Source of the DNA: a virus
Taxonomy: Duplodnaviria; Heunggongvirae; Uroviricota; Caudoviricetes
IMG/VR virus record: IMGVR_UViG_3300029288_003766
Location: 89,787-153,786 of that record
Length of the DNA stretch: 64,000 nt
Direction: 5' to 3' (one strand)
Shown here: positions 49,784 through 59,400 of the stretch, one piece after another
Position numbering within the stretch: the first letter of the stretch is position 1
Layout: each line of letters starts with the position of its first letter
Notes under the pieces: model-generated
The model's input: only the letters and a program-made list of their open reading frames with translations
Told to the model about the DNA's origin: nothing
The model's database searches: none
Position numbers and translations under genes: made by a program

Positions 49784-51208
49784 ATGTCATTCGAGAAAGA
49801 TATTACAGAAATCAAACGATTAGTGGAACAGAGCTACAAGGAACAATTAGAGACCCAGGCTGGAGTAGAAGTAGAAACAGAGACTAAACCTACTGAGGTT
49901 CCTGTTATTACTCCATCAGTTCCAGAGCAGAAACCTAAGAAGCCTATATCACCTATAAAACCGGTTCCGGGTATCCATCCCAAACCAAAAGCGTTGCTAA
50001 ACGCGGATGTATTATTATTCCTTAAAAAAAGGAATCTATTGGGTAAACTTAAAGGTAATAAAGTGGTAGAGGCCGCTCCAGGAGAACCTGAAAAAGAATA
50101 TGATCTAAATGTAGTCCCACCTGAAAAACAGGAGTGGATACAAACAGGTGATGAGACCCTGAACCAAATATTGCCGGGCCTGCCACCGGAGCAAAGGGAT
50201 TATCTTATTAAGATAAGCAGCGATAGCTATACTGAACTTGTAGATAAGGTAGAGGAATTTACAGGGTTGAGGGTTACAACACATAATGTTCCGCAGCTTG
50301 TGGGTTTGGTATTGGAGGCCCTACAAGAAGTCACAGCTATAGAAAGTAGAAATAAGAATATTTTTGAAGCTATGGCGTTACAATTAGTATTTAGTGTCCC
50401 TGAGTTTAAGATCGTAGAACAGGCCTATAAAGATGGTGAGATAATAATTGATGCTAAGATTGGACCTGCTGATCTAACAAGATTGACCAAACCTGAGGAG
50501 GAAGAAGAAAAAGAAACAGAGGAGCTTGAGGGCTTGACCAAAGATGAAGAGCTTAATCTTAAGATGACTGAGTTCTTAGAAGGGTCTTCTGATGATGATA
50601 TTAGGAGAAGATTCTCCAATCTTATGATCTCAGGCGGGGCAGTCGGAAAACTATATCTGTTTAATATGGTTTCTGACAAATTGAAGAAGATGGATCCTAA
50701 GCTTCCTGCTTTATACGCTCTTTTGTCATCGATGGTTCATCTCGGATACTGGATCTCTCCCATGGGTGTTGAGCAAATAGCTGCTGGCAGAGAAAATATG
50801 AGTATGGGGTCTGAAGAAGTTATACCTCAGGGTGATAAATATATAATCAAAGCTAGGGGTGTAACATTCCCATTTTTGGTCCATGAGCTGACTAAAGGAA
50901 TATATGAGTATCTATCACTAGATCCTAACCTCCAGATTTCTATGGGTAAAGAAAAGGTTGAGGATGAGACAAGAGACTTTATGGCTGGTCCTGGTGTACA
51001 CAAAACTGTGATTTCTTACATACCTGATGATAAACAGGAGCTTATTCCTATAGTGCAAAAGAAACTTGTGGCTATGGGGCCTGCTGAGATAAGAGATGTA
51101 CTGGCCAAGAATGCACGTGGGCAGCAGATAATGGCAGGTCTGATTGACGCGGCTGAGAAAGAGTGGAGCGGTTATAAAAAGTCTAAAGCAGATTATGAGA
51201 AGATATGA
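49784..51208 (+). CDS. leader-family protein (leader only) with Pro-rich linker and large helical domain
   Basis: MSFEKDITEIKRLVEQ (start re-called at 49784); IKARGVTFPFLVHELTKGIYE. Confidence 0.8.
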   Translation: MSFEKDITEIKRLVEQSYKEQLETQAGVEVETETKPTEVPVITPSVPEQKPKKPISPIKPVPGIHPKPKALLNADVLLFLKKRNLLGKLKGNKVVEAAPGEPEKEYDLNVVPPEKQEWIQTGDETLNQILPGLPPEQRDYLIKISSDSYTELVDKVEEFTGLRVTTHNVPQLVGLVLEALQEVTAIESRNKNIFEAMALQLVFSVPEFKIVEQAYKDGEIIIDAKIGPADLTRLTKPEEEEEKETEELEGLTKDEELNLKMTEFLEGSSDDDIRRRFSNLMISGGAVGKLYLFNMVSDKLKKMDPKLPALYALLSSMVHLGYWISPMGVEQIAAGRENMSMGSEEVIPQGDKYIIKARGVTFPFLVHELTKGIYEYLSLDPNLQISMGKEKVEDETRDFMAGPGVHKTVISYIPDDKQELIPIVQKKLVAMGPAEIRDVLAKNARGQQIMAGLIDAAEKEWSGYKKSKADYEKI

Positions 51209-52764
51209 GCTTAGAACAAGATATTACAATGATTAAAAGTTTAGTTGAGGCCCAGCCGGTGTTCAAACCAGCTACTCCTGAGAACCTGACTAATAGGATT
51301 GAATACCAAAGGAAAGAAGAGGAAAGGTTAAAGGCTGAGAGAGCTGAGAAGCTTGGTCCTCTGTTCAAAAAACTTGCTGATAAGGTTGTTTTGACGAGGA
51401 AGTGGCTAAATATCTATGAGCAGACTTTGGAAAGATTTAGGCATCATTCTGATAGGAGTGTAGAGTATCATGCAGGAAATTATCCTACTACAGTATCTTA
51501 TAGGATTAAGGTTCATGCTTGGCCATCCGACGAATTTGTAAGACGAATGGAAGAAGAACATGATATAGATAGGGAGGAGATATACAATTATATGTATGAG
51601 GAGTTTAGGAGAGAGCTAGAAGGTTTTGTGGGCATAGAGCAAAGATATGACCCTCAAACCAAAAAAGAAGTTAATCAGCTAACTGGTGGGGGACTGGCAG
51701 CTGATTATCCAAATCTTATTGAAGATTTTCACCAATCAGGGCGATCTGGTGGGTGGCTTACTTTAGAGCTTACTGATCTGGGGTTTGAAGATTTTGATAG
51801 TATCGAATACGATGTTAATAATGGTGAATATGCTAAAACTCCTACCTATAGTAGTGGATCCGGCACAGAATCTATCGAGGGTGATATTGAATTTGTTGAT
51901 GGGTTTAGGGCCGATTTGAAGAACAGAATAGATGCTTTGCACGAGATAGATATGAAGGTGCACAAAGGTGTTAAGGCCATAGAGAAATACATAGAATCTA
52001 CCCAATTTGAGGAAGATTTTAAGACAGCTTATGATATTGCGGAATCTATAGGGATAGTTGAACAAGAGGGTTTTGTATTTAAACCAGCTACACCTGATCA
52101 ACAGGCAACGAGGTTATTCCCCAATAATCCAAAATACAAAGAGAAATACTTAAAAGCCTTGGTTAATAAAGAAGACCAAAATAAGCTCTGGAAGTTGAGA
52201 CAACAGGCTAAATATGAAGCTGATAGGCCAAGAAGAGAAGCCGAGACAGCACGTGTTAGGGCTTTCTATGCATCACTTCCTTATACTTATGAAGATATTA
52301 TCAAGCTGCCTGCTTACGAGAAAATTATGGATCTGCAGGGTGTGAAAGATGTTACTGGTCCTATTATGAAGGAACATAAATCAACCACTTTCAGAATAAC
52401 AGTGGGTGAATTTTTTAATGAGTATACAGTACATGCTAATGGAACTATAAGAACATCTGTTCATGAAAACCCAAGCGTTCTAAAAAGAAATCCTCCTGCT
52501 ATGACGTTGGAAGCTTACAACGCTCTTTTGAATAGGCTATATGATACAATGTATAAATTTTACGCTTACAGAGGTGGCAGCGCCTTATACAGGTATGGTG
52601 TTTATCTTAATGATCCTTTTAGGCAAGTTGACACAGTATACTACAGGAGAAAAAAAGATCGTGATTATGTTAGACGATCATTAATAGATGACGGATACAA
52701 TCCAGACATATTTGTAATTTTTACGGGAATAAAGAAAGGGGAATTGGTTCGTGAAAACAGATAA
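51205..52764 (+). CDS. leader-family protein, two tagged units
   Basis: MSLEQDITMIKSLVEAQPVFKPAT; internal IVEQEGFVFKPATPDQQATR. Confidence 0.8.
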   Translation: MSLEQDITMIKSLVEAQPVFKPATPENLTNRIEYQRKEEERLKAERAEKLGPLFKKLADKVVLTRKWLNIYEQTLERFRHHSDRSVEYHAGNYPTTVSYRIKVHAWPSDEFVRRMEEEHDIDREEIYNYMYEEFRRELEGFVGIEQRYDPQTKKEVNQLTGGGLAADYPNLIEDFHQSGRSGGWLTLELTDLGFEDFDSIEYDVNNGEYAKTPTYSSGSGTESIEGDIEFVDGFRADLKNRIDALHEIDMKVHKGVKAIEKYIESTQFEEDFKTAYDIAESIGIVEQEGFVFKPATPDQQATRLFPNNPKYKEKYLKALVNKEDQNKLWKLRQQAKYEADRPRREAETARVRAFYASLPYTYEDIIKLPAYEKIMDLQGVKDVTGPIMKEHKSTTFRITVGEFFNEYTVHANGTIRTSVHENPSVLKRNPPAMTLEAYNALLNRLYDTMYKFYAYRGGSALYRYGVYLNDPFRQVDTVYYRRKKDRDYVRRSLIDDGYNPDIFVIFTGIKKGELVRENR

Positions 52765-53300
52765 GTATTATAGTCAGAAAATACTGGAGCTAGCCAGAGG
52801 TGAGCATACTGGCAAAGATTGTATTTTGGTCACTGATGCTATGCAAGCATACGTCCAGAGAAACTATAGGAAGGTCGACGAGATATTAGAAAAGTTGAGT
52901 GATGACTATCAATTATTAGAGAAATTGATTGAGAAGCTAAAAGGAAAGTCAACATATACGGGATTACGCCAACTGCTTGAGGGCAAAGACCAGTCAAATG
53001 AGCAGGCAATTATATCAACTAGTTCCTTGATCTGCCACGCGGCTATAGAAATGAAAGAGCATAAGGAATACAAAAGGCTGCTTCCGGGTCTCTATAAAAA
53101 GTTAGGGGTATTGATCAATGGAAACAGCTAACGTTATTAAATGTGATAAGTGTGGTAGTGAAAATTTGGAGAAGACAATATGGAGATCTCCAAGATCATA
53201 CTTTTCTAGGGAAGTTGAAATAACGATGGCTAAATATAATTTAAACCAGATTCCTGTATATAAATGTTTAGATTGCGGTTCTGAGATGCGAAGATGGTAA
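52751..53300 (+). other. two hypothetical genes without leader (52751-53131 helical; 53118-53300 Zn ribbon)
   Basis: ORF track; CDKCGS...CLDCG in the second. Confidence 0.6.
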
Positions 53301-53364
53301 AAAAGAATAAGAAGAAGCTGATCAAAAAGAAGAGAGTCCCAACGATTAAATGGGGAGAGGTTAA

Positions 53365-54216
53365 ATGAGTTTAGAATATGACGTTACTGAGATAAAAGAG
53401 AGTGTTGAACTAAGAGAGATGATGCTTGCTGAAGGATTTGCTAGAGCAAAGGAATTGTATGTTGACACAAAAAAGATGCCTCTTATGGTTTTAAAGAGAC
53501 TAGCATCTAAAGACCCCACTGAGCAGAAGAAGTATATAGAATGGATGGCTAGAGTATATCTTACACAAAGAAGCTCAAGAGGATTTGAGGCCATTGCTAA
53601 GTTTGATGATCTATGCAACAGAGGTAAGATCCAGCAAAAAGATATTAACCAGTACAGGACTTTGGAAGATGTTGATGATGCTATAAGCCAGGTATTTGCT
53701 AAGGAAGAAACATCAAAGAAGTCAAAAGAGCAAGAATTTAGGGAGACAGTAAAAATAGATACAGAAGTGTTAAAGATGATAGATAAGACTCCTAATGAGG
53801 TTAACCCCGATGGATCAAGAGGTGATCTGTTTTTTGAGAATGACAAAATAGTTATTGCCTGCCCCAGTTCCCAGGCCAAGAGTGAACTATATGGCAGGAA
53901 TCCAGATCCGGCATGCCGCGGGGATAAACCTTCTTATTGGTGCACCGCTACTCCCGGGCAAAGATATTTTGATTCTTATTGGGGCAGCCAAGGTAATGTT
54001 TTATATTATATTTTGCCTAAGACCCCAGATGCTGTTCTTTATGACCCAGAGCCTGGTCACGCTGATAGGTTCTCCAAAGTAGCCATACGTATTCAATCAG
54101 ATGGAGGTGTTGCTGAGATCAGGGATAGGTTTAATATACTTGTTCCAGATGATAAATGGGCGCAATTGTGTAGGTTATGGGGGATTTCCCCTAAGGTATC
54201 AAAGTCAACTAAGTGA
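53365..54216 (+). CDS. leader-family protein (leader only); payload seen in large phages, possibly PcfJ-like
   Basis: MSLEYDVTEIKESVE; KDPTEQKKYIEWM...KDINQY...LYG...WCTA. Confidence 0.7.
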   Translation: MSLEYDVTEIKESVELREMMLAEGFARAKELYVDTKKMPLMVLKRLASKDPTEQKKYIEWMARVYLTQRSSRGFEAIAKFDDLCNRGKIQQKDINQYRTLEDVDDAISQVFAKEETSKKSKEQEFRETVKIDTEVLKMIDKTPNEVNPDGSRGDLFFENDKIVIACPSSQAKSELYGRNPDPACRGDKPSYWCTATPGQRYFDSYWGSQGNVLYYILPKTPDAVLYDPEPGHADRFSKVAIRIQSDGGVAEIRDRFNILVPDDKWAQLCRLWGISPKVSKSTK

Positions 54217-54225
54217 GGAGTTTAA

Positions 54226-54519
54226 ATGGATAAAACAATATTCGAAAGAGTGTTTGATTTTGTAAATCCCGCAAATAAAAAAATAGATGAAGATTCAGCA
54301 TTAGGTCCTTCTTTTCGTAAGAGCAGATGGAGCCATAAACCTAGAAAGAACAGTCCTTGGAGGAAATTCAGTTTTAAGAATAAAGAAAAAGGCAGGATGA
54401 AGAGTGATGTTCTTAGTATAAGCAAAGCTGAGTCTCAGAGGGGGGCAAAGCATGATTTACTAACTGGTAAGCTCAGAGGCAGAGAAGAAATGGATAATGA
54501 GACGTTAACTACCCAATAA
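54226..54519 (+). CDS. basic hypothetical protein
   Basis: SD GAGGAG; K/R-rich. Confidence 0.55.
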   Translation: MDKTIFERVFDFVNPANKKIDEDSALGPSFRKSRWSHKPRKNSPWRKFSFKNKEKGRMKSDVLSISKAESQRGAKHDLLTGKLRGREEMDNETLTTQ

Positions 54520-54523
54520 GATT

Positions 54524-55621
54524 ATGAGCTTAGAAAAAGACATTACGATTATTAAGCAACTGGTAGAAGCCAAACCAATATTTAAAGCAGCTTCTAACGA
54601 TCAGCTAAAGGCTCGCGGGTATACGGGCAAGGAATATTCTATTTTTATTGGTGATATGTATGATGGCACTGTCAGTGATAAAGATACAGCTATAAGAATA
54701 GCTAGAGGTTATAAATATCCGGGCGTAAGAGTATATGAAGTTCCAGTGGGTTCTGGTATGGCCAGAAGTGTTAATGGTCGTTTGCCTGTTATAGTATTCC
54801 CAGTCTTACCCGAGATTGTAGCAGAGGCTAAGCCGATCTTTAAAGCAGCATCACCAGAGCAATTGGCTATTAGAAAATCTATACGTGATAAAGATTTGGC
54901 AGCAATGCACGCGGGTTGGGCAGAGACAGCAAGATTAGAACTATCTCAATTATTAGCAGTTGAGATTACTTATAGGGAATATGAATACTATGAGGGTCTC
55001 GACGCAGTAGCTATGGAAGTAGTTAATGGCAAAGGAAGTAATGGCGAGAGCGCGTGGATAGTATTTGCAAGCTTAGAAGAAGCTGAGATGGCTGCTTATC
55101 GCAAAGTTGGAGACGATTTAAGAATGGAGCCTGGAATATTTGAACAATCTTGGCTACAGAACTTTATAGAAATTAGTGCTACAGATAAGAGTATGCTTGC
55201 TGGGGAAGAAGCTGATGACTATGTTGATAATGTATTAAGTGATGAAGAAATCCTTGAAGAGGCCGGCGTGAAATATGAATATGATGAGCTACAGGAACAG
55301 CTGGATAATCTTGACACCGAAGCTGATGATGCGGAAATATTAGATAAACAAGCGGAAATATTAGATAATGCCAAAGAAACTATTCGTAGTAGAAAACAAG
55401 AGGAAATTGAACGAGCACTTGAAGATCCTGTTGAATACTTTGTAAATGAACGGGGTATATATACTATTGAAGATTTATTTAAAGCAGCTTTTATACAAAT
55501 TAATGTTGATGATGCCGCTGAGGATGCGGTGGCTACGGATGGAATTGATAAGTGGCTTGATAACTATGATTCTGCAGGTGTTGAACTTCCATCAGGTGCA
55601 ATAGCTTATGGGACAAACTAG
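54524..55621 (+). CDS. leader-family protein, two tagged units, second highly acidic
   Basis: MSLEKDITIIKQLVEAKPIFKAAS; internal VAEAKPIFKAASPEQLAIR. Confidence 0.8.
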   Translation: MSLEKDITIIKQLVEAKPIFKAASNDQLKARGYTGKEYSIFIGDMYDGTVSDKDTAIRIARGYKYPGVRVYEVPVGSGMARSVNGRLPVIVFPVLPEIVAEAKPIFKAASPEQLAIRKSIRDKDLAAMHAGWAETARLELSQLLAVEITYREYEYYEGLDAVAMEVVNGKGSNGESAWIVFASLEEAEMAAYRKVGDDLRMEPGIFEQSWLQNFIEISATDKSMLAGEEADDYVDNVLSDEEILEEAGVKYEYDELQEQLDNLDTEADDAEILDKQAEILDNAKETIRSRKQEEIERALEDPVEYFVNERGIYTIEDLFKAAFIQINVDDAAEDAVATDGIDKWLDNYDSAGVELPSGAIAYGTN

Positions 55622-55624
55622 ACT

Positions 55625-56440
55625 ATGTTAAAGAATTGTTTTCATTGCTGTAAAGAGATAAAAATAAGACCTTGTTATATTAAGGATAAAAATTTTTGTT
55701 CTAAAGAATGCTATAAGGAATATTTAGCTTCTATACGATATATAGATAGGGTTTGCGTGGTGTGTGGTAAGAAGTTTAGGGCTTTATCTACAGAGGTGGG
55801 AAGAGGCAAAGGCACCTGTTGTTCTGTTAAATGCGCTTCAAAGCTTAGTTCTGCAACTAAGAAAAAACTGGCTACTGTAAGAGTGTGCCAGTCATGTGGT
55901 AAGCAATTTGAAGCAAGAACAGATCAAATAAAGTTGGGAAAGGCTAAATATTGTTCAAATAAATGTTTTGGTCAATATCTAAAAACAATATTTTCTGGCC
56001 AGGTTCGTTCTCTCAGGATAAAGAAAAATTGTAAAATATGCGGAGAAACATTTGAGGTTACTCCTTATTTTAAAGATAGGGAAATATGCTCAGCACAATG
56101 CCGAGCTCTTAATGGTAGCAGGCACAATAAGTATAGTGATAGTAGTATAGAGAGAAAGATAAAGAGTTGGTTAATAGAAAATAAGATTAAATTTAATTTT
56201 CAATATCGTGTTCCTGGTGTAGCTTTTCCTGATTTCTTTGTTGAAGACAGATTATGTATTTTTGCTGATGGTGATTACTGGCATAATTATCCTAACGGAC
56301 TTGATAAAGACAGACACCAGGATATTGAGTTGTCTAAGAAAGGTTTTAAAATTTTGCGATTTTGGGAACATGATATTAATGATAATTTTGAATCTGTTAC
56401 TAGTAAGATTAATTTAGAACTAACGGGAGAAAACAAATGA
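55625..56440 (+). mobile_element. multi-zinc-finger plus DUF559/Vsr-like endonuclease (putative homing endonuclease)
   Basis: Four CxxC...F/YCSxxC repeats; PDFFV...FADGDYWH...GFKILRFWEHDI. Confidence 0.8.
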
Positions 56441-59400
56441 GCTTAGAAAATGATATTTCAAACATAAAACGTGGATGTGGTAGTGAAGAAGTATCTGAGA
56501 GGATGAAATGTAGGATTTGTGGTAAACCAGATGATAGTGGGGAATGCGATAACTGTATAAAGAAGAGATCTGGGAAGAAAGAGCCTAAGGATAAGAAATG
56601 CAGGACATGTGGCAAGCCAGATTCTAGCGGTGAGTGTGATGGTTGTATAAAGAAAAGATCTGGAAAGAATGAGCCTAAAGTAACTAAAAAAGTAAAGGAA
56701 TCGGATGAGATAAAACAGCCTGAAACATTAAAGATCGATCAATCTACTGTAGTGTTTAAGAAAGATAATGGTTTTGTGGCTAGAGAATCAGTTGATTTCA
56801 GATCTATCATAGACGGGGTGAACAAAGATATAAGAGAGGGGTATGGTGAAACTTGCGGGGTTCTTCCGGGTGAAGATGAAGAAATCGTGGTGGAAGATCC
56901 TAAAAATGATATTGAAATAACAGATGATGAAACTGTAGAAAAACCGGAAGAAGTAATACAGGTACCTACTACTGACATTCAAGGCCAAGATCAGAATATT
57001 AGCCAAGAAATGGATCAATCGGCTGCCAGAAACGCGGAGGTGGTGGCCAAAGAAGAAGCTTTGAAACAAGAAGTTGGCCAGAATAATGCTCAAGAACAAG
57101 CGGATGAGAAACAACCTACTACTCAACCTCAGGCTTGTGAAACAGAGAAAATAGCTATTGTAGAAGAACCTAAAGAGGAATTGGTTGTTGAGGAACCTAA
57201 CGGTGAGATAGCTATTGAATCTAATGTTGGTGAAGGAAAAGAAGAGCGTGGTAAGCGTGATGGAACAGGGCCTTATAAGTATTCACGTATTAGACAAGAA
57301 GGATTTACCAAAGGTAGACGGAGAATGGCTGGAAAAAAATGTGTAATAAATAAAGAATCAAAAGAAGATTTGGGTAAGTTAATAAGCTGTAGTAGCAGTG
57401 ATAGTTCAGCGGATAGGTCAATAATTGAATCAAAATATAAAGATCAAGAAGCTCCAGATACTGATCAAGAAGCTGCTTTAAGACACGCTAACAAAGGTGA
57501 AGAAGATATAAAAAATAAAAAAGCAGCCAAAAAGAAAGTTAATGAACTGAATATTGCTGATACAGAAGCTACAAAGCATGAACTAGAGAGAATTAAGAAT
57601 AAGGGTGTTAAAAAAAGAAAAGGATCTAAGAACAAAAGCCTTTTTTCCTACCCCACAGATTTGGGAGTAGTTAAACTATCTCCCACTGAGTCTAAAACAA
57701 ACGAAGCAGGCGCCTACGATGTAATGAGAGGACAAGCTGGTCCTAATAGAGTAGTAATCAGATGGAAATACGCAGATTCCTCGGGAACTATGTCAAGTCA
57801 TTTTGCTTCTGTCGAGGAGTTCCTAACTCAGAACGCAGATGGCCATAGAAAAATAGAATGGTATCAGGTAGGTAATGGTGAGAAAGTTGCGATGACAGAA
57901 TCTAAGTTAGTTGGTATAAACGAATCAACAGAAGAAATAATCCAGGCAATTACAAATGGCACTGATCCATATTTTGGCTATGCACACTTCCACTCATCTA
58001 ATATGGCAGATTATACTTTGATGTCTTCAACGATTTCAGATATGGTTAATGTTTATGGTATTAATGAGGTAGAGGCAGCTGATATAGTGCAGGCGTTGAC
58101 TCACGGAGATAATGAATCTAAGACATATCCGTTTGGTGTATCAGAGCTTTCGGATTTTCGCAGTATATTTGAGGGAATTAATAAAGAATCTAAAGTTAAT
58201 GAACGAAATAATATGGAATGTTTAAAATGTGGATTTGAGTTTGCGGGTTCTATAGGAGACGAATGCTCTAAATGTGGAGCTAAAAATGTTCATGTTGTTG
58301 ATAAGAAAGAAAATTTAGAACCTAGACGCAGAGGTAATCGTTATAATAGAAAAAGATTTGGCGGGGATACAGGAGTAGATGCTGATTTTAGAGAGTCTAA
58401 AATTAATGAAGAAGAGGCATTGGCAGGTCCCAATGCTACTGTTGCTCCTGACGCTGGGGCACTTCCTCCAACTAATGATGAACCAAAAATAGACCCGGCT
58501 CAAAATCCTGAAACACATGATAATAACGATCAACAGCCCGATGCTGAAGAACACGGTGAAAAAGAATATTTAGGTAAGAAAGGTGATGACGAATATTATT
58601 ACCTAATGGCTACATCTGATGAGGGAGATGGATCAACAGGTGGAGTAGCTACAGAGAGTAGAGTAAATGAGAAAAAAACTAAATGTAATGCTTGTGGAGC
58701 TGTAGGTAACGATATTCCTGGTGGGCTTTGTCATGCTTGCCAGAAGGGTACTATGGAAGAAATAAAGGAAGGAACACTATTTGTAGACGCTAGCGATGAT
58801 GATTACCGTAATACAGAGAAAAAACTTAGGAACGCCCAGGAATTAGATGCTAAGGACAAAGATTTAATAGCTAAGATGTCTAAGGCCAAGAAAGAAACCG
58901 ACGAACTTGAGAAGATGTATAAGATGGACAACTCTAAAGTTCCCAATGAATCTAAGATTCATGAGGGTTATTCATCGCTTCAGATTGTAGATGCGGAAGG
59001 AAAAGTAGTTGCGGATGCTGAAGAGCAGGAAATTGACCCTAATAATATTAAAGATTTCCTCTTGAAGAATATGGATGATCTCGAATTAACGGAGATTACC
59101 CCGGATATTGTGAAGAAATATTTATTAGTGGATGAGGAAAGCACAGAGGATGAAGATATGACACGTACACCGGAAGAAGGAAACCGTATGAAAGTTCAAG
59201 GGCAGCCTCCGTTTAAGGATGAGGAAGTTATACCAGGGCAGAGTGTGGCAAGTGAGTCAGTAGTTATGGGGTTGCTTGATAAATTTAAACTTAATGAAAC
59301 GGTAGTGGTTGAAGAACTTGGTGTTGATTCTTTGCTGGAAAAGTTTGGATTGGCCGAAAGAGATCTGACAAATTATGTTTCCTGCAATTGTGGGTGGGAA

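Noticed and set aside
55470-55500. LFKAAF in the 54524 protein as another tag copy
   Set aside because: It lacks the preceding Glu site, the proline and the following S/T-x-E-Q...R; probably coincidental.
33875-56460. Leader repeats as a CRISPR array or integron attC cassettes
   Set aside because: Repeats are coding, vary mostly at synonymous sites, are irregularly spaced by hundreds of bases and are non-palindromic; no cas or integrase gene is in the window.
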